The notes under the pieces are model-generated. The model worked only from the letters and a program-made list of their open reading frames with translations. It was not told the DNA's origin and searched no databases. A stretch of DNA of 64,000 bases, taken from positions 5,203 to 69,202 of the forward strand of contig CAZFWN010000008.1 in the NCBI GenBank assembly GCA_964522745.1, in the 5' to 3' direction. Shown here one piece after another: positions 8,572 through 17,541 of this stretch (the first letter of the stretch is position 1; the number at the start of each line of letters is the position of its first letter). Made by a program: the position numbers and the translations under genes. Origin of the DNA: an uncultured Ktedonobacterales bacterium. Lineage in GTDB: Bacteria; Chloroflexota; Ktedonobacteria; Ktedonobacterales; DATBGS01.

Positions 8572-9736
8572 ACAGGACGCGGCCACCCTGGAGATGATGC
8601 AGGGTAAGTGTCGCGGCCTCTACAACCGGTGGGTCATGCGGCTTAGGGATGGAGAGCGGTGGCGTTGCCTGGAGGCGAAGAAAAGCCTGCAAGAAAGCCG
8701 CAAATACGACCCAGACATCGATCAGGTCTATGGCAAGCTGCTGGCAGAGGTCTATTTCCGGCTGGATAAGGCCATGAAAGCCTTTTGGCGGCGCTGTGCC
8801 GCAGGCGAAAAGCCGGGCTTCCCCAGAGTCCGCCCGCGCCATCAGTTCTTCACGCTCTGCTACCCGGCCATGTACGTCAAGGTGGAAGGGAACACCGTGT
8901 TGCTTCCAACCGGGGGTGGGCGCGGCAAGAAAGACAAGCCCTATCCGACCATCCGAGCGGAACTCACCGAAGGCGTGCCTTCTTCCGGCTACAAAGAGGT
9001 TGCCATCAGTCGAGACGCCAGAGGCCACTACTCCGCCTCCTTTGTCTATGAAACCCAGGAAGCCGCAAAGACACCGGGCGGAGTGGTCGCTTTGGATGTG
9101 GGCCTCAAAACGCTGGCGGTGGGCTACAACGGGCGCGGGCGCTTCTATCACATTGGCGGCTTCAAAGGCGCTCGCTGGTACAACAAGCAATTAGATACGA
9201 TTCGGTCCAAACGGGATAGGTGCAAAAAGAAGTCCCGTCGGTACATCCACTTATCCCAAGTCTACAAGCGGGTCTCGGAACACAAGCGCAACAAGCGCAA
9301 AGACTGTCTGCACAAAGCAAGTCATCTCATTGCCCACAAACTGGTTGAAAGGACTGTTGTGGTGGGAGACTTGTCCCAGCGGCAGATGGTCACGAAAGAA
9401 CACACCGAACATCAAAAGGTACTCCATCGGGCCGTCTACAACGATTGGGGCCTCTACAGCTTTGTCCAGATGCTCGAGTACAAATGCGTCCTGGCTGGGA
9501 AGACGCTGGAGTACGTCGATGAACGCGATAGCTCGAAGACCTGTAGTCGGTGTGGACATCAGCAGCCCATGCCACTCTACAAACGGGTCTATCGCTGTGA
9601 GAACTGTGGACTGGTGCTGGACCGTGATGAGAACAGCGCGGTCAACCACTACCAGCGGTTCTTTGCCCGGCTGGGGCCACACACGGGCGATCCCGTGCGG
9701 TGTGCGGCTGTTTTCACCGCAATTAAACCCGTTTGA
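8531..9736 (+). CDS. tnpB: TnpB (OrfB) RNA-guided endonuclease, RuvC + zinc ribbon apparently intact
   Basis: N-terminus 'KKIKLEVTEQDAATLEMMQGKCRGLYN', RuvC-I 'ALDVGLKTLAV', RuvC-II region 'MLEYKC', and zinc ribbon plus RuvC-III 'CSRCGHQ...CENCGLVLDRDENSAVN'. Confidence 0.9.
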   Translation: MMLLCKKIKLEVTEQDAATLEMMQGKCRGLYNRWVMRLRDGERWRCLEAKKSLQESRKYDPDIDQVYGKLLAEVYFRLDKAMKAFWRRCAAGEKPGFPRVRPRHQFFTLCYPAMYVKVEGNTVLLPTGGGRGKKDKPYPTIRAELTEGVPSSGYKEVAISRDARGHYSASFVYETQEAAKTPGGVVALDVGLKTLAVGYNGRGRFYHIGGFKGARWYNKQLDTIRSKRDRCKKKSRRYIHLSQVYKRVSEHKRNKRKDCLHKASHLIAHKLVERTVVVGDLSQRQMVTKEHTEHQKVLHRAVYNDWGLYSFVQMLEYKCVLAGKTLEYVDERDSSKTCSRCGHQQPMPLYKRVYRCENCGLVLDRDENSAVNHYQRFFARLGPHTGDPVRCAAVFTAIKPV

Positions 9737-9930
9737 ACACAGTTTGAAAGGCAGAATGGGAAGAAGCTGGTCAATGACATTGGATAGGAACGCTTTCTTG
9801 TGTTATGCTATACGCCAGCGAAGTCTGAAAGCAGGCACTTGTACCCCAGCGAACACGGAATGTGGCAAAGGCACAGCAGGCAAGAATCTGAGCGTAGCGG
9901 TATGCCGATAGCGCGGGTGAAAGAGCGCAG
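9600..9930 (+). ncRNA. Expected omega-RNA (reRNA) region of the TnpB element (candidate only)
   Basis: By analogy with characterised TnpB loci, the guide RNA scaffold overlaps the 3' end of tnpB and runs to the right IS end. No structure or boundary could be confirmed by eye. Confidence 0.3.
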
Positions 9931-9933
9931 GTC

Positions 9934-12927
9934 ATGGCGACACCTCTTGAGCAATCGGTCCTCTGCCCTTTCCTGATTGGCCGCCAAAGCCACATCAGTG
10001 TCCTTCAACACCTGTTGGAACAGGCGCTCAGCGGAGCGGGCCAGGTGATTGTGATTGCCGGCGAGGCGGGCATTGGCAAATCCAGGCTGGTGAGGGAAGT
10101 AAAGGCTTCCGCCGCGCCCGCCGGCATGCGCATCCTCCAGGGAACCTTTTTTGAGCCTGATCGCTCCCTGCCCTATGCTGCCCTGCTCGATCTGTTTCGT
10201 CGTGCCTTCGTGGCTTGCTCGCCAGCAGAGATCGCGCGCGATGTGGGATCCGCCGGGCCTGAACTGGTGAAACTCCTGCCAGAACTGGCGCTCTCCCTGC
10301 CTGAGCTTGCACCGACTCCGCCGCTGGAGCCTGAACAAGAGAAGCGTCGCCTGATTGAAACGCTCGCTCAGTGCTTTGTGCGGATCAGCGCCACACAACC
10401 ACTGCTGGTGGTGATTGAAGACCTGCACTGGAGCGATGAAACCAGCCTGGAGTTTCTGCTTTCGCTCAGCAGGCGCATTGCAGGGCATCCGCTCCTGCTT
10501 TTGATGACCTACCGCAGCGATGAGGTACACGCGAGCTTGCGCCACCTGCTGGCGCAACTGGACCGCGAGCGCCTGGCGAGTGAGATAACCCTGGATACGC
10601 TCGATAGGAGCGAAGTGGAAGCGATGATTCGCGCCATCTTCCAACTCCAGCGGTCACTCCCAGCCGATGTGCTGGATGCGCTCTACCGACTTACTGAAGG
10701 GAATCCCTTCTTCCTCGAAGAAACGCTCAAAGCGCTCGTCGTTGCGGGCGATGTGTTCGCGCGTGAGGGCGTCTGGGAGCGCAAGCCACCAGGCGAGATT
10801 CACATTCCACGCAGTATCCATGATGCTGTCCAACGCCGTGTGCAACAACTGACCCCAGCCGCCAGAGAACTCCTGGAGATCGCCTCAGTGGCGGGGCAGC
10901 GTTTCGATGCGGCTTTGTTACAAGCTTTGACCAACACTGATGAGCATGCAGTGCTGCAACTGGTGAAAGAATTAATCGCCGCCCAATTGATGGTTGAAGT
11001 CTCGGCTGAAGAAGTCGCGTTCCGTCACGCGCTGACGCGCCAGGCGATTTATTCGGAATTGCTGGCGCGCGAACGCAAAAGTCTGCATCGGTCCATTGCT
11101 GAAACACTAGAGCGTCTGTATGCCGCAAGCACGGACACCCATCTGGCTGAACTGGCGTACCATACCTACGAGGCTGGTCTGTGGGAGAGAGCTTTGGACT
11201 ATGCGCAGCGTGTGGGCGAGCGCTCGCTCGCCCTGTATGCGCCACGCGCCGCCATTGAACAGTTTACTCGCGCGCTTGATGCTGCCCGGCATCTAGCAGG
11301 CTCTCCCTCGCCGGTCCTGTATCATGGGCGTGGGCTGGCTTATGAAACGCTCGGCGATTTCGAGCATGCTCGCGCTGATTACGAGGCCGCGCTGCATGCT
11401 GCGCGTGTGCAAAACGACCAGCCAGCCAAATGGCAGGCGCTACTTGATCTCGGCCTCCTCTGGGCCGGACGCGATTACGTGCAGACGGGCCTCTACTATC
11501 GCCAGGCGTTCGATCTGGCCCAAACGATGGCCGATCCCATCCGCCTGGCGCAGAGCCAGAACCGCCTGGGGAATTGGCATCTGAACGTCGATCAGCCCCT
11601 GGAGGCGATACGTTTTCACCAAGAAGCTCTGGCACGCTTTCAAACAGTGGACCACCAACGGGGTATGGCTGAAACACTTGACTTGCTCGGCATGGCAAGC
11701 GTCTTGAATGGCACTCCTCTGGAAAGCGCGGCATACCTTGAGCGCGCAGTGGCGCTCTGGCGCGAGATCGGTGATCGGCAGTGGTTATCCTCCAGCCTGG
11801 CGACGCTCACGTTCTGTGGGATATGCTACCATACCGATAAAATGATCCCTGTGGCCCAGCGCACGCTCGTCACTGGAGGGGAGGCGCTTCAGCTTGCCCG
11901 CGAGATTGGCTGGTATCCGGGCGAGGCCTACGCGCTAATGGTGCTGGCGTCTTGCCTGGGTCCGCGCGGTGAATATGCGCAAGCATTAGAACTGGCGCGG
12001 CGGAGCCTTGCTCTTGCCGACGAGATCGAGCATCGGCAATGGGCCACCGCCAGCCGCTGGGCGCTGGGCGCCATTTTGCTTGATCTGCTCTCACTGGAGC
12101 AGGCATGTGAGGTGCTGGAACAGGGATGGAAGCTGGCGACAGCTATTGGCTCGCGGCACTGGATCGGCTGCATTGCCGGCATGCTCACCGCGACCTATCT
12201 GGCGCAAGATTTGCCCACCCAGGCAGCAGCGATGCTGGCAGAAGTGCTCCCTCCTGGCGCGCCGTTTCAGACAATGGGACAGCGAGCCGCCTGGTGTGGG
12301 CGCGCCGAACTGGCGCTGGCACAGCACCAGCCAGAGGAGGCGCTGCGTATCATTGATGCCCTCATAGCCTCCACCCCAAACGCCAGTGCGCAGCAGAGAC
12401 CAGTGCGCGTGGTACGCCTGCGTGGCGCAGCGCTGGCCGCGCTCCAGCGCGGAGCGGAGGCAGAAGCCGAGTTCAGCAGCGCCTACCAGATGGCAAAGGA
12501 ACAGGGGTGGCGCTCGCTGTTCTGGCGCATTGGCATCGATCTCGGCCAAGTGTATCGCGCCGGGCGACGCCACGCCGAGGCCGAGCAATACTTCGCAGCG
12601 GCGCGCGGCGAGCTTGAGGCATTGGCAGCCGGAGTGTCTGATGATCTCCTGCGCACCACCTTCCTGGAGCGGGTGCGAGCCATCTTGCCGCCGCCACGCC
12701 CTGCCTTGCTCCGGCGCGCTCAGGTCAACGATTACGGCGGCCTGACCGCGCGCGAGCTTGAAGTGGCGCGGCTTGTCGCGCAGGGCAAATCCAATCGCTC
12801 CATCGCTGGAGCGCTGGTCGTCAGTGAGCGCACCGCCGAGTCGCATGTCACCAACATTCTTCTCAAGCTCAACCTTACCTCGCGCGCGCAGATTGCTGCC
12901 TGGGCCATCGGGAAAGGGCTGGCATAA
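9934..12927 (+). CDS. LuxR-family transcriptional regulator with N-terminal AAA/STAND ATPase and TPR-like repeats (MalT-like)
   Basis: Walker A 'GEAGIGKSRL', Walker B 'LLVVIEDLHWSD', a long TPR-like middle, and a C-terminal LuxR HTH 'LTARELEVARLVAQGKSNRSIAGALVVSERTAESHVTNILLKL'. Confidence 0.9.
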   Translation: MATPLEQSVLCPFLIGRQSHISVLQHLLEQALSGAGQVIVIAGEAGIGKSRLVREVKASAAPAGMRILQGTFFEPDRSLPYAALLDLFRRAFVACSPAEIARDVGSAGPELVKLLPELALSLPELAPTPPLEPEQEKRRLIETLAQCFVRISATQPLLVVIEDLHWSDETSLEFLLSLSRRIAGHPLLLLMTYRSDEVHASLRHLLAQLDRERLASEITLDTLDRSEVEAMIRAIFQLQRSLPADVLDALYRLTEGNPFFLEETLKALVVAGDVFAREGVWERKPPGEIHIPRSIHDAVQRRVQQLTPAARELLEIASVAGQRFDAALLQALTNTDEHAVLQLVKELIAAQLMVEVSAEEVAFRHALTRQAIYSELLARERKSLHRSIAETLERLYAASTDTHLAELAYHTYEAGLWERALDYAQRVGERSLALYAPRAAIEQFTRALDAARHLAGSPSPVLYHGRGLAYETLGDFEHARADYEAALHAARVQNDQPAKWQALLDLGLLWAGRDYVQTGLYYRQAFDLAQTMADPIRLAQSQNRLGNWHLNVDQPLEAIRFHQEALARFQTVDHQRGMAETLDLLGMASVLNGTPLESAAYLERAVALWREIGDRQWLSSSLATLTFCGICYHTDKMIPVAQRTLVTGGEALQLAREIGWYPGEAYALMVLASCLGPRGEYAQALELARRSLALADEIEHRQWATASRWALGAILLDLLSLEQACEVLEQGWKLATAIGSRHWIGCIAGMLTATYLAQDLPTQAAAMLAEVLPPGAPFQTMGQRAAWCGRAELALAQHQPEEALRIIDALIASTPNASAQQRPVRVVRLRGAALAALQRGAEAEAEFSSAYQMAKEQGWRSLFWRIGIDLGQVYRAGRRHAEAEQYFAAARGELEALAAGVSDDLLRTTFLERVRAILPPPRPALLRRAQVNDYGGLTARELEVARLVAQGKSNRSIAGALVVSERTAESHVTNILLKLNLTSRAQIAAWAIGKGLA

Positions 12928-13239
12928 CTTCCCTTCTTCCTCCGTACTGCGGATGCAGCTTCTCCGTACTGCGTCCTCACCCAGTTCGCCTTCTTTTCCC
13001 GTACTTTCCACGATGGCAAGACGAGCCTTTCCAGGTATCCTGCTAGCAGTAACCGAGATGTAGGAGAGCCACCTCTGAAGCTGGGGCGCAAAAAGAAGGT
13101 GAGGTGCCTGGAGCAGAATGGGTAATGTTGCGGATGACCACTCCCTGCCCACCATATACACTTTTTGATGTGGTGAGTGAATTTGTTTATTGAACGCGAA
13201 CACGCTGTACCTCTACAGCCTTTTCAAGGAGTACCTGTC

Positions 13240-14625
13240 ATGGCAGTAAACACACTCAATATCAGCACACTGCAAGCGAATCTGCGCGGAGAACTCATTC
13301 AGCAAGGCGATCCTGGCTACGAGGCGGCCCGCAAAGTCTACAACGGCATGATCGACAAGCGCCCCCTGCTGATTGCCCGGTGCGCCGATGTGGCCGATGT
13401 CATCGCGGCGGTCAACTTTGGGCGCGAGAACGGCCTGCTCGTGTCCATCCGGGGCGGCGGACACAACGCCGGAGGGCTGGGCATCTGCGATGGCGGCCTG
13501 GTCATTGACCTTTCACGCATCCGCTATACCCACGTCCACCCTGATGCGGGAACGGTCCGGGTTGGCGGTGGCTGCACCTGGGCCGATGTGGACCATGCCA
13601 CCCACGCCTTTGGCCTGGCGGTGCCCAGCGGCATCATATCCTCCACCGGCGTGGGCGGGCTGACCCTGGGCGGGGGAATAGGACACCTGAGCCGCAAATG
13701 CGGCCTGGCAATTGACAACCTGATCGCTGCCGACGTAGTGCTGGCCGATGGCAGCTATGTGACGGCCACCGATTGGCAAAACGCCGACCTGTTCTGGGCG
13801 CTGCGCGGTGGTGGTGGCAACTTCGGCGTCGTCACTTCCTTTGTGTTCAAGGCCCATCCGATCCATACTGTGTATGCCGGTCCCATGCTCTGGGATCTAG
13901 ACAAGGCGCCCGCAGTAATGTCCTGGTATCGGGAGTTTATCACCCAGGCGCCAGATGACATGAACGGGTTCTTTGCCTTCCTGATCGTGCCGCCTGGGCC
14001 GCCCTTCCCTCAACATCTGCACAACCGGAATATGTGCGGGATCGTCTGGTGCTATACCGGGCCACTGGCGCAGGCCGAAGAAACGTTCAAACCGATCCGA
14101 AGGATGATGCCACCGGCCCTGGACCTCGTCGGTCCCCTTCCACATCCGGCGCTCCAGAGCATGTTCGACGCGCTCTACGGGTCGGGGGATCAGTGGTATT
14201 GGAAAGCGGACTTTGTGAAAGATCTGAGCGACGAGGCGATCCGGCTGCATATCAAACATGGCTCTCAGTTACCGACCATGCAGTCAACGATGCACCTCTA
14301 TCCAATCAACGGAGCAGCAGGCCGGGTGGGCAAGAACAACACCGCCTGGAGCTACCGAGAGGCGACCTGGGCCGAGGTGATCGTGGGCGTTGATCCCAAC
14401 CCGGCGAACAGAGGCCGCATCACGGACTGGGCCAGGAACTACTGGAACGATCTGCACCCCTATTCGGAGGCTGGCGCCTACGTGAATTTTATGATGGAAG
14501 AAGAGGGAGAGGGGCGCGTCAAAGCCTCCTATCGAGACAACTACGAGCGCCTGGCGGCCATCAAGCGTAAGTACGATCCAAGGAATTTCTTCCGCGTGAA
14601 TCAGAACATTAAGCCCGCTCTATAA
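13240..14625 (+). CDS. FAD-linked oxidase (FAD_binding_4 + BBE-like C-terminus)
   Basis: 'VIAAVNFGRENGLLVSIRGGGHN' and C-terminal 'YVNF...NYERLAAIKRKYDPRNFF'. The ATG at 13240 has AAGGAG 8 nt upstream, so the track start at 13177 is rejected. Confidence 0.9.
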   Translation: MAVNTLNISTLQANLRGELIQQGDPGYEAARKVYNGMIDKRPLLIARCADVADVIAAVNFGRENGLLVSIRGGGHNAGGLGICDGGLVIDLSRIRYTHVHPDAGTVRVGGGCTWADVDHATHAFGLAVPSGIISSTGVGGLTLGGGIGHLSRKCGLAIDNLIAADVVLADGSYVTATDWQNADLFWALRGGGGNFGVVTSFVFKAHPIHTVYAGPMLWDLDKAPAVMSWYREFITQAPDDMNGFFAFLIVPPGPPFPQHLHNRNMCGIVWCYTGPLAQAEETFKPIRRMMPPALDLVGPLPHPALQSMFDALYGSGDQWYWKADFVKDLSDEAIRLHIKHGSQLPTMQSTMHLYPINGAAGRVGKNNTAWSYREATWAEVIVGVDPNPANRGRITDWARNYWNDLHPYSEAGAYVNFMMEEEGEGRVKASYRDNYERLAAIKRKYDPRNFFRVNQNIKPAL

Positions 14626-14644
14626 AAAGGAGAAGGAGCGACTG

Positions 14645-14944
14645 ATGTTTGTCACCATGTTTGCTTATCGGGCGAAAGCAGGCCAGGAGGAAGCGGTCAT
14701 CGCTTTACACGACGAGTGGGAGCGTGAGCGCCTGCCAAGAACGAAAGGATATGTCTCAGGCGAACTGCTCAGAGACATTCATAACTCGCGCAGCTTCATT
14801 ACCATCGCCCGTTTTGAAAGCGCAGAAGCCGCAGGCGCCGTTGCCAACGCTCCTGAGCAAGATGCCTGGTATCGCCGCCTGGTGAGCCTGACCGAACAGG
14901 AGCCGGTCTTCACCGATTGTGACATCGAGTGGCGTATCCGCTGA
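14645..14944 (+). CDS. Antibiotic-biosynthesis-monooxygenase (ABM) family protein
   Basis: A 99-aa ORF with a ferredoxin-like ABM pattern ('FITIARFESAEAAGAV') and a GGAG RBS. Tightly linked to the FAD oxidase gene. Confidence 0.7.
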   Translation: MFVTMFAYRAKAGQEEAVIALHDEWERERLPRTKGYVSGELLRDIHNSRSFITIARFESAEAAGAVANAPEQDAWYRRLVSLTEQEPVFTDCDIEWRIR

Positions 14945-14950
14945 CGTTTC

Positions 14951-14980
14951 GGGCGCTCTCTTTTGGAGAGAGCGCCCTTT
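14951..14980 (+). terminator. Rho-independent terminator
   Basis: GGGCGCTCTCT / TTTGG / AGAGAGCGCCC (11-bp perfect stem) is followed by TTT, 7 nt after the ABM stop. Confidence 0.75.
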
Positions 14981-15186
14981 ACGGGCGCCCCTACCCCCTT
15001 GCCAGCGGTGCGTCGGTGGCTGGCAGGGCTGCGCCAGATCGCTGAGACCGCCCGCGAGCGGCTCCTGAACGCCTCACGCCTCGTGTAAGCGCGTCCCCTC
15101 ACCCCCTCAGTAGGTTTCAAGCCCGCAATGCAATTGCTCACTCCCCCATACAAAAGACAGTATATGTCAAGAGTTTTGATAGATAA

Positions 15187-15210
15187 AGTTTCCTGACGAA
15201 TCAGGAAACT
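15187..15210. promoter_or_regulatory. Perfect palindrome AGTTTCCTGA-CGAA-TCAGGAAACT (candidate operator)
   Basis: 10-bp perfect arms with a 4-bp spacer, 17 bp upstream of the -35 element of the ROK gene promoter. Confidence 0.6.
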
Positions 15211-15226
15211 TGATTTGTAAAGAGTC

Positions 15227-15255
15227 TTGACAGATGCTAAAAAGCATGGTATCCT
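15227..15255 (+). promoter_or_regulatory. Sigma-70-type promoter TTGACA-17-TATCCT for the ROK regulator
   Basis: Hexamers and the 17-nt spacer were read directly. The track ORF 'start' at 15227 is the TTG of the -35 box. Confidence 0.55.
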
Positions 15256-15280
15256 TGCCAACAAGGGAGACAGAAAGGTT

Positions 15281-16612
15281 ATGAGTTACACCATTCCCCC
15301 GATTGTGCGTGAGATGCGTACTCGTCATACCCGTACACGAGCGGAAGAGAGCGCTGTCAAGGGCACTGATTTGCATCTGATGCGGGCGTCGAATCGCCTC
15401 CTGATTCTCAATTGTGTGCGCGAACATGGCTCTATTACACGCGCGGCCATTGCCCGACAGACGGGACTCTCGCGTACCACCGTCAGCAGCATCATGGATC
15501 AGTTGTTGAAAGAAGGCTATGTCCGTGACGGGGAGACACAGCGCGCAAGTGCGAGCGGTGGCCGGCGTGTTGTGCCTGTCCACTTCCAGGCCGCTGCTGG
15601 CTGCATTCTTGGCGTTGCCCTGGGACGCAACCACCTGACGATCCTGGTGAGCGATCTGGCAGCTACTATTTTGAAAGAAACGACGATCCCCTTTGAAACC
15701 AGCCGGGGCGCCGACTTCTGTATTCCGTTGTTGGCGGAGAAGCTGCGCTCCTCGGTAGCAGAGCAGCATATCTCCTGGGGGAAAGTTGTTGGGGTGGGTA
15801 TGGGAATGCCTGGGCCGCTCGATGCCCAATTGCAAGGTCCGGCTGCTCCCCTGCTGCTTCCTGGTTGGGAAGGGGTCAACGTCAGAAAGATACTGAGCGC
15901 TGAGTTGGGGGTGCCTGTCTATCTTGATAATAATGCCAATATGGGCGCGCTGGGCGAGAGTCGCTATGGTGCTGGTCATGATGCCGCTGATCTGCTCTAC
16001 CTCAAAGTAGGAACTGGTATAGGGGGTGGCATTGTGATGGGCGGCCAGGTGTATCGCGGGCGTAGTGGGAGCGCTGGTGAGATTGGGCATATGACTGTGG
16101 ACCCCAACGGTCCCATATGTAACTGCGGCAACCCAGGATGTCTGGAAGCACTGGTCGGTGGGCGAGCGATTGTTGCCGATGCGCGCCAGGCCATCTCCCT
16201 GCGCCGCCGAGTGGGGGCTTTGGAGGGCGATGCACAAGTAAACGGCTCAAAAGTCATACACCTGACGACAGTTGCCCAGGTCGTACAGGCTGCGTTTGAG
16301 GGCGACCCTGCCTGTAGAGCGGCCATTGAGCAGGCGGGAGAGTATGTTGGAATAGCGCTTGCCAGTTTAGTAAACTTCTTCAATCCCTCCTTGATTGTTC
16401 TGGATGGAAATACGATGCGCGCCGGCGAGATGCTGCTTGAGCCGATCAGGCGCACCGTTGCGGCGCGTAGTCTGCCGGCGCCGCTGGCAAATACCCAAAT
16501 TGTGCCAGGCATCCTCGGCGGCAATGCCATCGCGCTTGGTGGCGTTGCTACGGTGATTGATCTGGCCTTCAGCCCAAACCCCTCTTCTATGTATTCGGTA
16601 GCAGAAGCGTAA
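15281..16612 (+). CDS. ROK family transcriptional regulator
   Basis: N-terminal wHTH 'NRLLILNCVREHGSITRAAIARQTGLSRTTVSSIMDQLLKEGYV' and the ROK zinc motif 'CNCGNPGCLEA'. The ATG at 15281 lies downstream of the promoter. Confidence 0.9.
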   Translation: MSYTIPPIVREMRTRHTRTRAEESAVKGTDLHLMRASNRLLILNCVREHGSITRAAIARQTGLSRTTVSSIMDQLLKEGYVRDGETQRASASGGRRVVPVHFQAAAGCILGVALGRNHLTILVSDLAATILKETTIPFETSRGADFCIPLLAEKLRSSVAEQHISWGKVVGVGMGMPGPLDAQLQGPAAPLLLPGWEGVNVRKILSAELGVPVYLDNNANMGALGESRYGAGHDAADLLYLKVGTGIGGGIVMGGQVYRGRSGSAGEIGHMTVDPNGPICNCGNPGCLEALVGGRAIVADARQAISLRRRVGALEGDAQVNGSKVIHLTTVAQVVQAAFEGDPACRAAIEQAGEYVGIALASLVNFFNPSLIVLDGNTMRAGEMLLEPIRRTVAARSLPAPLANTQIVPGILGGNAIALGGVATVIDLAFSPNPSSMYSVAEA

Positions 16613-16673
16613 CGCTCTTCCCTGTTCTCATCTTGTAGTTCGCCTGAAAGAACCTGATAAGGAGCATACTCTT

Positions 16674-17507
16674 TTGAACTTGAAGTATCACTATGCTGCT
16701 GCGCCTGGCTACACCCAACTGGTCACGCCTCAAACGCATCCGATCAACGACCTTGATTTTGCCATGCTCAAGCTGGATAGCGGCGAAACGTATGAGGCAC
16801 ATAGCGCTGGCTATGAGATCGGGCTGGTAATCCTGACTGGAACCTGCACCATTTCTGCTGGCGATCAGACGTTTGCGCATCTGGGCGGGCGGGCCACTGT
16901 CTTCGATGATCGGGCCACTGGCGTGTATGTTTCCTGCCAGACTTCTTTTCGGGTGGTGGCGGAAGCGCCAGGGGTCGAGATTGCCGTCTGCCGCTGCCCG
17001 ACCGAGCAGAAACATGCGGTTCAGCTTGTGCGGCCAGCAGATGTCATTGTGAATGAGCGTGGCGGTCCGGGGCATGTGCGCTATGTACATGACATCTTTG
17101 GTCCGCAGGTGCAGGCGGCTACGATGCTGGTTGGGGAAACCTATACCCTTGAGGGCAACTGGTCGAGCTTTCCGCCGCACAAGCATGATAGTGAAGACTT
17201 GCCCAACGAGGTGCAGCAAGAGGAATTGTATCTGTATAAGCTTCGGCCAGAAGACGGCTTTGGCATTCAGTATCTCTATAGCCGGGCCGACAGCCCACGC
17301 GGCGAACTGGAGCAACCGCTTTCTGTGCGGCAGAACGATGTGACGATTATGCCTTTTGGCTATCATCCGGTGGCGGCGCCTCCCGGCTACGATGTGTATT
17401 ATCTGTGGTTTCTCGCTGGCCCAACCCGGCTGATGCGCCCGCGTGATGATCCGGCCTATGCCTGGATTAAAACGATGCCGACGCAGCAGCGCACCTATCC
17501 ACGTTAG
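16674..17507 (+). CDS. iolB: 5-deoxy-glucuronate isomerase (KduI/IolB family)
   Basis: 'GNWSSFPPHKHD...EELYLY...GYHPVAAPPGYDVYYLWFLAGP' closely follows the IolB pattern. TTG start with AAGGAG 9 nt upstream. Confidence 0.85.
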   Translation: MNLKYHYAAAPGYTQLVTPQTHPINDLDFAMLKLDSGETYEAHSAGYEIGLVILTGTCTISAGDQTFAHLGGRATVFDDRATGVYVSCQTSFRVVAEAPGVEIAVCRCPTEQKHAVQLVRPADVIVNERGGPGHVRYVHDIFGPQVQAATMLVGETYTLEGNWSSFPPHKHDSEDLPNEVQQEELYLYKLRPEDGFGIQYLYSRADSPRGELEQPLSVRQNDVTIMPFGYHPVAAPPGYDVYYLWFLAGPTRLMRPRDDPAYAWIKTMPTQQRTYPR

Positions 17508-17541
17508 CCGCATGACGAAGAAAGAAGAAAGAGGGGGAACA

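Larger units (their letters stand above)
7850..9900 (+). mobile_element. IS607-family insertion sequence (tnpA serine recombinase + tnpB); ends not resolved
   Basis: Overlapping tnpA and tnpB genes have the canonical IS607 organisation. The family lacks clear terminal inverted repeats, so the boundaries are approximate. Confidence 0.7.

Noticed and set aside
12091-13203. A 370-aa minus-strand ORF. The same applies to 16587..17723, 32194..33300, 15167..16237, 9808..10644 and 23188..23991.
   Set aside because: All are antisense to well-supported genes. They have Arg/Pro/Gly/His-rich translations, no RBS and no recognisable motifs.
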